Virus record (IMG/VR): IMGVR_UViG_3300046536_000256
Location: 62,001 to 126,000 of that record
DNA length: 64,000 nucleotides
Direction: 5' to 3' (one strand)
The position numbers were made by a program, and so were the translations under genes. The notes under the pieces were generated by a model, which was given only the letters and a program-made list of their open reading frames with translations, did no database searches and was not told where the DNA came from. This document shows, piece after piece, positions 57,055 to 64,000 of this stretch (positions are counted from its first letter, which is position 1; each line of letters begins with the position of its first letter).

Positions 57055-59070
57055 TTAAGACGCCCCCAACGCCCAAAACGCTTCGAGTACCGAACCTTGA
57101 CGGTCAGTGGTCATGAAGGTGCGCGGGTCGTTAAGAACGTTCTGTTGTTTCTCAAAGATCAACAACCCGCCTCCGCCCCGGCTGGTGATGCAGTTAATGA
57201 AGCTGGCGAAATACTTATCACCAGAACCATTCGCTAGGGCGTAGTTCAGATTGTTTGGATCTCTGGCCAAGCAGCAGTACAGCAAGGATTCGATGTGAAC
57301 CGCGTTGATACCCTTGATCTCTTGGTTAATGAGCGTCCAGAATTCTGATTGCACTTCGCCAAAGACTTTAGGAGTCACCACTTGGTTACGCCATGCGGTA
57401 TTGCGCTTGTTAAAGGTCATGAAGTTTTCCACACGAGCCCGGTGCATATCCAAATCTTCCCGAGTATAAGGAAGAGCGAACATCGGAGCCAATGTGTTCC
57501 AATCCGACAGGTCGATGGAGATGAAGCGTTTGTCCACCGTGTTCCAACCCTTGTCCAACACAAACTTCAAGAAGTCCAAGGAGAAACGAGCATTACGCGA
57601 CGACACCGAGGTGGTAGCCGAATGCTGCTGCGTAGTTTTGCCACCCATCATGATGTCTTCCACTTGGTAGCGGAAGGTAACGTCGGAGAAGTACGGGAGT
57701 TTATCCAGCCCAACGTCGTCCAATACATCGAGCGACTTCAGGTCGGACAGATCCTTAACAATAGACGACTTCAGAATCAACTCTGAACCCGGAACGCAGA
57801 TCTCAGCCTTCAGGAAGATTTCGTCCCCGTTGGTGTAGATGATATCCTTGTCCCGCATGTGAGGCACGAACTTCCGCGAGGTTGCGTTGCGGATGTAGTG
57901 CTTAGTACTGAGCATTTTCTGCCCCATCGGGTTACATAAGGTAGTGCCCGAGTACATTCCCACGTTTGCGTCTTTCATCATCATGACGTTAAACGGGATG
58001 GTCGACTTCATTTTCCCATAGCAACGGCCGCACGGCTGGCCTGGGTTGTGAGAGTTACAGAACGCTATGCTGCGGAAGGTGATGACGTCACCCGCCTTGA
58101 TCGTGTTCACGTTGCGTTGGTCAATCAGCACCGAGGACCCGTCAGCCATGATCATGTATTTGCCCATCAAGGACAAAGCCATTTCCATGTTCAGGATCTT
58201 CATTGGAACGCCTACAGTAGTGCCGCAGTCGTTCATGTGCAGGATGCTGGACAACGGCGCCGACAGCAAGTGAATCTTGCGGTGGAACCACTCAGCGTCC
58301 TTCAGACCTTTACCGTTGTTGATCAGCGATTTCCCCGAGGAGTTACGTTCCCCCAAGGAATCCGCTAAGTTGGTGATACCGTGTGCATACGGCACGTTAA
58401 CCGCATTCGGGAAGATGGTGTTGTTCAAGTCAAACACCGAACCACGAATGATCGTCGTCTGGAATGCTTGGTTGACGCTCACGCCACCGGTACGCGCCAG
58501 CAGAGCCATGGTGTTAGTGCTCAGACTTTCCGCTTCACGCAGGTAGGTGCTGAACTCTTTCTCGCCATCGTCAATGCTGACTTCATGCTTCAGGATCCGG
58601 TCACGGATATCCATGATCCCGATGTCTTCCATCAGCTCCGCCACCGACTCAGCCGTAGCTGAAATCACCGACGCCTCACTCATCACCACAATCATGTTGT
58701 TGAGTTTGGTTTGCCAGATGTGCACCTGACGCTTGATGCTGTCGGTTTCTACCGGGTCATCGATCTCCGGCATGACCTTTTCCAACACCCAGTTAACCGG
58801 GATCGCTAGAGTGTCATCATTGTAAACAACCTCCTTATGCTCCGGGTTGGTGTTGGATGGGATCAGTTCATCAATCGAGTACGGTACATCGTTGTACTTG
58901 CGGTGAACGATTAAGCCTTGCCAGGTCAACATCATGGCGAACAGGCAAGACAGTGTCTTCTTGCCTTCGTCGTCCACCACTTCCACTTGATGTCGGAAAC
59001 CACGACAGCGGATGATGTCTTCCTCAGGGAGGTTGGCCCACTCACGCAGGCTAATTTGCATGCAGCCCAT
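57055..59070 (-). CDS. Non-virion RNA polymerase beta'-like subunit, C-terminal part (gp74-like)
   Basis: NQ..Q..IIRG, bridge-helix-like L.DAEWFHRK, DCGT, C.....PCGRCYG and trigger-loop Q.MLSTKH. Confidence 0.9.
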   Translation of the reverse strand: MGCMQISLREWANLPEEDIIRCRGFRHQVEVVDDEGKKTLSCLFAMMLTWQGLIVHRKYNDVPYSIDELIPSNTNPEHKEVVYNDDTLAIPVNWVLEKVMPEIDDPVETDSIKRQVHIWQTKLNNMIVVMSEASVISATAESVAELMEDIGIMDIRDRILKHEVSIDDGEKEFSTYLREAESLSTNTMALLARTGGVSVNQAFQTTIIRGSVFDLNNTIFPNAVNVPYAHGITNLADSLGERNSSGKSLINNGKGLKDAEWFHRKIHLLSAPLSSILHMNDCGTTVGVPMKILNMEMALSLMGKYMIMADGSSVLIDQRNVNTIKAGDVITFRSIAFCNSHNPGQPCGRCYGKMKSTIPFNVMMMKDANVGMYSGTTLCNPMGQKMLSTKHYIRNATSRKFVPHMRDKDIIYTNGDEIFLKAEICVPGSELILKSSIVKDLSDLKSLDVLDDVGLDKLPYFSDVTFRYQVEDIMMGGKTTQQHSATTSVSSRNARFSLDFLKFVLDKGWNTVDKRFISIDLSDWNTLAPMFALPYTREDLDMHRARVENFMTFNKRNTAWRNQVVTPKVFGEVQSEFWTLINQEIKGINAVHIESLLYCCLARDPNNLNYALANGSGDKYFASFINCITSRGGGGLLIFEKQQNVLNDPRTFMTTDRQGSVLEAFWALGAS

Positions 59071-61406
59071 TACACACCCCCGTAAATGTTGTCAGTACCG
59101 CCTGTTACTCCGTGCATTTCAAAATCCTCAGGAATTGCCGCCGGGTTAAAACCGCGCTTACCCGCATAACGCGGTTCGGCTGGTGGGCTTGGCGCCGGTG
59201 GCTCTGGGACCAGGAACTCTGGAACAGGACCCGCTTCTTTGATGTAGTTGTTAAACATCGCATCAAGTGGTTCAATCGTGCGGTCACTCGGCAGCTCACT
59301 GCGAATGGTGTAGCCCGAGTCAGACAACATACTCGACGCCATCTTCACTGCACGGTTGTTCTTGTACTCATCTGGCTTGACGATCTGATCGATATCAAAC
59401 GGATCGTTAGCCCGGATGGCCCGACGCACCATGACCTTACGCAGATCAGGAGAATACGCCATCGCCAATTGCTTAGCCGTTTCCTGACCACCGTGCTGGC
59501 TGGTACGCAGACGACCTTCAGTTTCACCCGTGTTCCGGTTACCCTGATCGCGCAGCCAGCTGGAGTACTTGCTGCTGTCATTCAGCTTCGCCGGCATACC
59601 GAACAAGTTAGACTTAGGCAATGCCTGAGCCGACATATCCGTACCGAACTTATCCAGCATCATGAAGTGCTGGTTACTGATGAGGATTGGGTTCACGGTC
59701 TCCACGTACTCACCCAACGAGTTCATGAAGGTAGCCTTCTGCGGTTTGAAGGGGTACTTCGCGCGCAGCGCGTTAATGATCCCCACGCCGTACAAACGGG
59801 TGTTACTGCGAACATGGATGGAGATCATGTGGTCACAGCAGTGGTCGACGTAATCCTTAATGTCTTCCGCGGTCTGGTAGGTTGCCCGAACGATCTCGCC
59901 AAACTCCGGGAAACCGGTCTCACAGAACTCCAGGATCATTGCATAGGCTTCAGCGTACTGACCCAGGTTACGCAACAGAGTTGCTTCTTTCTGGATGTTC
60001 ACGTTGATGTAGTTAATACTCAGCTCCATCAACATGGAGTAGATCTGACGACGGAACGCTGGTGTGTTGTTGATCACGACTTCCGCACGAGTACCGTCCG
60101 CGTAGGTCGGCGCCATGTGGTCTTCGATGATGCTTACCGCTACACCTTTGTCGCCGTTCAAACCTGCGAACTTGAACTTGATCCGACCAGGCACGATTTC
60201 GCGCAGCAGGATTGTAATGTTCCAGTCCTTCAGTTTAACGCGCTTGATCCCCCGGCTGAGTGGGTTGATCCGCCCGCTCTGGCTGTGGCGGGTATAGTTG
60301 CCGTACGCCAAGTTAATAAAGGTATCGAGTTCCACGGTGATTGGAATGTCGTTACCGCGGTTAGCCGCGATGCGACGCTCGTACCAGCGCAAGATGTTGT
60401 TGTGCATCTCGTTCTGGCGTTTCTCATACCGCTCCAGCAAATCGGTGTGAGGTTGTGGGATGTAATCAGTACCCCGGTTGTTCGCACGGTTCTTCATGCG
60501 GTCGCTTAACACTTCGACCGACATGACTTCCGAGTTAATCGGAGCGTAGAACAGTTGGTCGTAGGTCAAGTCCGGAATGGTCAGTGCTTTCCGGGTCAGG
60601 GACACCAAGGAGTTCTCGGCAACGCGGCGACGGAAGCCCATGACAATGCCGTCAGGACGAATACGATCACCCGACTGTGGAAACGGGCATGGGTTGCCTT
60701 CTTTATCCTTGTACAGCATCAGAGGAACCCACTCGTCCTCATTCCACTGGAACCCACGATCGTGTTTAAACATGCAGCGCAGGCGTTCTTCAGCGTACGA
60801 CCGAGTCAGCTGAATTGCATCCTCCTCGGTAACGTGGCTGGAGATAGCGGCGACGCGGGTGTTCATACCGAAGCACCATTCACCGCTTTCGCTGATACGT
60901 GGGGATTGTGCGAACACGGTACCCTTGGCAAAGGTAGCGTTCGGTTTCCCCAGACGGCGCATGACATCTTTGTCATAGACGTACTCGAATCCCACGTAGG
61001 TGTTCTGCGTGTTATATCGAGGAAGTTCCAGAACGTCGTACATGCCTTTTTCGTCGTTCTTAAACACCACCCAGATTTTGTTCCAAGCGTCAGTCTGGCC
61101 AATCTCCCCAGTGGCCGAGACGTAGAAAACTTCTTCAACCACCATGTTGGCGGGCGCTACGATCTTGCGGGCAGTTTGCGCGTAACCTTGCTGCCATTCG
61201 AAACCGGTCACCATCATGCGCTCATCGGCGCCCGAGGTTACTACCGATTTCGGAATCATGTTACCGGCCATGTACAAACGACCAGCGGAAGCAGACCATG
61301 GAAACAGAATCAGGTTATTACTAACGCCTACTAGTGCTGGGTGAATCTGATTCGGTCCGCAAATGTACTTGTACTTCACATCTTGTGCGGTCTCTTTGTC
61401 ACTCAT
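59070..61406 (-). CDS. Non-virion RNA polymerase beta-like subunit, C-terminal part (gp71/73-like), uninterrupted
   Basis: SAGRLYM..NM, TEEDA, KFAGLNGDKGV, RRQI and R.TGETEGR motifs. Confidence 0.9.
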   Translation of the reverse strand: MSDKETAQDVKYKYICGPNQIHPALVGVSNNLILFPWSASAGRLYMAGNMIPKSVVTSGADERMMVTGFEWQQGYAQTARKIVAPANMVVEEVFYVSATGEIGQTDAWNKIWVVFKNDEKGMYDVLELPRYNTQNTYVGFEYVYDKDVMRRLGKPNATFAKGTVFAQSPRISESGEWCFGMNTRVAAISSHVTEEDAIQLTRSYAEERLRCMFKHDRGFQWNEDEWVPLMLYKDKEGNPCPFPQSGDRIRPDGIVMGFRRRVAENSLVSLTRKALTIPDLTYDQLFYAPINSEVMSVEVLSDRMKNRANNRGTDYIPQPHTDLLERYEKRQNEMHNNILRWYERRIAANRGNDIPITVELDTFINLAYGNYTRHSQSGRINPLSRGIKRVKLKDWNITILLREIVPGRIKFKFAGLNGDKGVAVSIIEDHMAPTYADGTRAEVVINNTPAFRRQIYSMLMELSINYINVNIQKEATLLRNLGQYAEAYAMILEFCETGFPEFGEIVRATYQTAEDIKDYVDHCCDHMISIHVRSNTRLYGVGIINALRAKYPFKPQKATFMNSLGEYVETVNPILISNQHFMMLDKFGTDMSAQALPKSNLFGMPAKLNDSSKYSSWLRDQGNRNTGETEGRLRTSQHGGQETAKQLAMAYSPDLRKVMVRRAIRANDPFDIDQIVKPDEYKNNRAVKMASSMLSDSGYTIRSELPSDRTIEPLDAMFNNYIKEAGPVPEFLVPEPPAPSPPAEPRYAGKRGFNPAAIPEDFEMHGVTGGTDNIYGGV

Positions 61407-61462
61407 TACAATCTCCTACCCACTAATGCTCTGTTACAAAAAGAAATTGTTACCATATCTAA

Positions 61463-61485
61463 CCTAATGATATAGGTTTAAAATC
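61463..61485 (-). promoter_or_regulatory. Early-type promoter for the nvRNAP operon
   Basis: Minus strand GATTTTAAACCTATATCATTAGG, closely resembling the phiKZ early consensus. Confidence 0.75.
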
Positions 61486-61513
61486 GGTTAACCCCATCTT
61501 TGCAGGTAGCTTT

Positions 61514-61843
61514 ATGCCAATTCCTAACAACGAGATCAATAGCGACAAGGACGTGTTCTTTACCGAAAGCTTCAAGACCCTTGTTCGTTCTGAAAAGGAG
61601 CTACTTAAGCGTTCGGCTCATAGCAAGCCTATCGTTGAAAAGAACGTGCTCTACGCCTACCGTAATGACATCTACCGATTGCTGCGGAGTTTTGAGATTC
61701 CGTCTTATATGTGGTGGGCTACTGCGTACATCAATGGCTTCGAAGACCCCACATCGGACATCACGAACTTGTCAGAGATTTTCATCATCGATGAGTCCGT
61801 GTTGGCTGGAGCCATCTCCCGAAGTAATACAGTTCAGGGATAA
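61514..61843 (+). CDS. Small conserved protein (gp70-like), LysM-like/T4 gp53-type baseplate-wedge pattern
   Basis: Y..D.Y.LL....P.Y.WW.....NG..DP. Confidence 0.6.
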   Translation: MPIPNNEINSDKDVFFTESFKTLVRSEKELLKRSAHSKPIVEKNVLYAYRNDIYRLLRSFEIPSYMWWATAYINGFEDPTSDITNLSEIFIIDESVLAGAISRSNTVQG

Positions 61844-61867
61844 AAAATAAATGAGCCTTAAGAAATG

Positions 61868-61892
61868 GGTAGGGGAGCTCAGCTCCCCTACC
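61868..61892. terminator. Bidirectional terminator
   Basis: ggtaggggagct c agctcccctacc, followed immediately by tatg. Confidence 0.8.
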
Positions 61893-61912
61893 TATGACTT
61901 ATAGCCGCTTAC

Positions 61913-63343
61913 TTACCAGGAAGCTGGTTGCGCACCGCCACCGTTATCCGGATAAACCGATGGCGCTACGCCGCCCGCGGTAACCGGTTGGTTCATCATC
62001 ATCATCGGATTCATCATCATGCCAGGCTGCATCATCATCAAGGGATTGAACCCCATCATGTTCTGGTTGCCCATCATGTTGTTCATCATCGCCTGATTCT
62101 GCATCTGCATGGCATTCATCTCCACGCGTTGCAGGAAGTTACCGCGACGGGTGCAGTGGTAAACCACTGGGCTGCCCGACATGGTGTTAACAGCATGGTG
62201 CAGGACGCGTCCGCTGTTCTGATCGATTTCAGTACGGACGTAACGATCGCCCGCTTGCATTGGTGGAGGAGTGAGATCGTAATCACCCACCATCATGTTT
62301 TGCGGTTGGTTCGGGTTCTGCTGCTGATTGATCTGCTGGTTCTGCTGGTTGCTGGTTGACGAGACAGACAACAGGCCGGCCATGTCATTGCGACCCATGG
62401 CTTGGTTGACCGTTTCGTCTTGGGTGTTGTGACTGTTGTAGTCCATGATTGGAACTTGGCGGTAGGTCTCTGGCAACTCCTCCAGATATTCCACCCAGCC
62501 CATGTCGATCATGTACACGCCGGCTTTGTCGAAATCACCGCGGAACGTATTCTGGATCTTGTTCAGCTGATCCGCGATATTGCCGTAGCAGCCCAAGTAC
62601 GAGATCAAACGTGCAGCCACCGGAGTGGTCGACTCGAACTCGAACTCACCAGGGTTGTTCACCGCCGGGATGATCGACTGGAACAAGTGACGCGCCAGTT
62701 TCAGTGCACCAATCGAAATGCTGTGGTTGTTGAGTTCCACAGTTTGGTTATCGGAGACACCTTCCGAACGCGCCAGCTTCTTGACGATCTCGTTGTAGAA
62801 CGGGAACGACGGTTTGGTCTTGTAGTACACACGCTCGCCAGTTGCCTGGCTACGCCCACCGCCTTTAACAACCGTGAAGTGAATGAAGCGGTTGTCGGTG
62901 CCGTCTTCTTCCAGTTCAATGTGCATCCGGGCAAACAACTGATTCAGCTCATCACGCACAGAGCGCTTGGCTTCTTTCAGCGGTTCCATCATGTCGATGA
63001 TGTCCTGACGCCATGCTTTCTTTGGTCGAGCAGCAGCGGCAATGCCGAACAGCACGATTGGGTAAGCACGGAATACCGACAGCAGTTTCATGCAGGTCAT
63101 CTTGCGGATGATCTTGAACACCTCGGTTTCTTTCGAGGTGATGTTCTCGCACGCTGGGTGGAAGAACACCTTGTTCATGACGTTGCCGTCGAGGATGTTG
63201 GACAGTGGCAGGTACATGTCCATTTCATCGATCCGGATCGGGAATTCCTCACCATTGATGACGAACATGATGCGGCCGTCTTCCTTGACAGCACAGCTCC
63301 ACGATTTAACCATTGCCGCGTACAGTTTGTTCAATTCGTTCAT
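61913..63343 (-). CDS. Phage-nucleus import protein PicA/Imp1-like (gp69-like) with Q/N/M-rich C-terminal regions
   Basis: LYLP-like and FFHPACE motifs; lies between gp68-like and gp70-like genes (synteny inference). Confidence 0.7.
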   Translation of the reverse strand: MNELNKLYAAMVKSWSCAVKEDGRIMFVINGEEFPIRIDEMDMYLPLSNILDGNVMNKVFFHPACENITSKETEVFKIIRKMTCMKLLSVFRAYPIVLFGIAAAARPKKAWRQDIIDMMEPLKEAKRSVRDELNQLFARMHIELEEDGTDNRFIHFTVVKGGGRSQATGERVYYKTKPSFPFYNEIVKKLARSEGVSDNQTVELNNHSISIGALKLARHLFQSIIPAVNNPGEFEFESTTPVAARLISYLGCYGNIADQLNKIQNTFRGDFDKAGVYMIDMGWVEYLEELPETYRQVPIMDYNSHNTQDETVNQAMGRNDMAGLLSVSSTSNQQNQQINQQQNPNQPQNMMVGDYDLTPPPMQAGDRYVRTEIDQNSGRVLHHAVNTMSGSPVVYHCTRRGNFLQRVEMNAMQMQNQAMMNNMMGNQNMMGFNPLMMMQPGMMMNPMMMMNQPVTAGGVAPSVYPDNGGGAQPASW

Positions 63344-63355
63344 GATCGGGTTCCT

Positions 63356-64000
63356 TTACTGGCCGAAGTGTTCTTTAATATTGCGGAGGTAGTTCTTGGA
63401 GGTGCTCAGACCAATGTCAGAACCGGCGATGTTGGTGCTGGTCCGGTTGATCATGTAGGTGGCGTTGGTGAACTGCTTGATGAACGCCATTTCGCCGTTG
63501 AAGCAGATGGCGACGGTGGTTTCACCAAACATGTGCGAATCTACCTCCACGTTCATGATGGTCTTCTGGTGAGCGTAAACCGAAGTGTACTTCGCGAAGA
63601 AGTGTGTCTTCAGGGACTCACAGAACTGTTCCACACGGTTGATCACGTGATCGTCGTGGTTGAGCACCGACATGGCTTCGCCGGGGATTACCACAACACC
63701 CTCATCGGAACCCACCAGACCGTTGAAGTCCATCGGGTTGTTGGTGGCGCTGAAGTGGAAGCTTGCCAGGCCACTGCTCAGCAGCAGGTGAACGGTCAGC
63801 ATGGCCAGTTCGGTTGCCATCAGTTCGTGCGGGTTAGCACTGCCGTAGGCTTCGCTGGTAGCCAGGTTAGTGTCAGCCCCGAAGTTGTTTGCTTCCAGCA
63901 TGGTCAGGTTCAGCACATCGCTGAAGTTCATAAACACGCTGTTGATCTCACCCACCGAGAAACCCTGGAACCCAGCCATGCTGTAGCCACCGGTGCTGAA
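63356..64000 (-). CDS. nvRNAP promoter-specificity subunit (gp68-like), 5'-truncated by the window edge
   Basis: The frame is open to the window edge; F.F.ATNN and MFGET.V.I.FNG motifs; synteny. Confidence 0.7.
   Translation of the reverse strand, partial: FSTGGYSMAGFQGFSVGEINSVFMNFSDVLNLTMLEANNFGADTNLATSEAYGSANPHELMATELAMLTVHLLLSSGLASFHFSATNNPMDFNGLVGSDEGVVVIPGEAMSVLNHDDHVINRVEQFCESLKTHFFAKYTSVYAHQKTIMNVEVDSHMFGETTVAICFNGEMAFIKQFTNATYMINRTSTNIAGSDIGLSTSKNYLRNIKEHFGQ

Noticed and set aside
1-64000. tRNA/rRNA genes
   Set aside because: No cloverleaf with T-loop and acceptor stem was seen in any intergenic gap by eye; tRNAscan-SE would confirm.
1-64000. Alternative genetic code / stop-codon reassignment
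   Set aside because: Standard-code ORFs tile the window, and TAA, TAG and TGA all terminate full-length conserved genes.

Overview
This window is a gene-dense segment of a phiKZ-like (nucleus-forming, Chimalliviridae-type) jumbo phage genome. It runs largely antiparallel to the phiKZ gene order, from a gp129-like portal to a gp68-like gene, and is clearly more GC-rich than phiKZ. It contains the portal C-terminal part, four non-virion RNA polymerase subunits (gp123-, gp74-, gp71/73- and gp68-like), a virion RNAP beta' subunit (gp80-like), the major capsid protein, DnaB and SF2 helicases, and one half of a split family-B DNA polymerase. It also contains baseplate/tail genes, a large family of protease-processed internal head proteins, and a PicA/Imp1 (gp69)-like nuclear-import protein. 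phiKZ gp numbers are inferred from motifs plus remembered synteny, not from a search. Main observations: (1) A free-standing HNH homing endonuclease appears to have inserted into the 5' end of the SF2 helicase gene. It left the old start as an 8-codon upstream ORF (MRHVARIY*), supplied a synonymously recoded new start (MRHVATIS...), and carries a perfect hairpin over its own initiation region; the same helicase also has a class-3 intein. (2) A candidate programmed -1 frameshift (T TTT TTT) joins a T4 gp26-like gene to the next ORF, as in lambda G/GT. (3) Most terminator-like hairpins are followed by TATG, the late-promoter core, rather than by poly-T. (4) Head proteins share a propeptide, a G-x-E cleavage site and an amphipathic helix in front of variable payloads. 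(5) Three adjacent accessory genes share a short helical module. No tRNA, rRNA or CRISPR array was seen.
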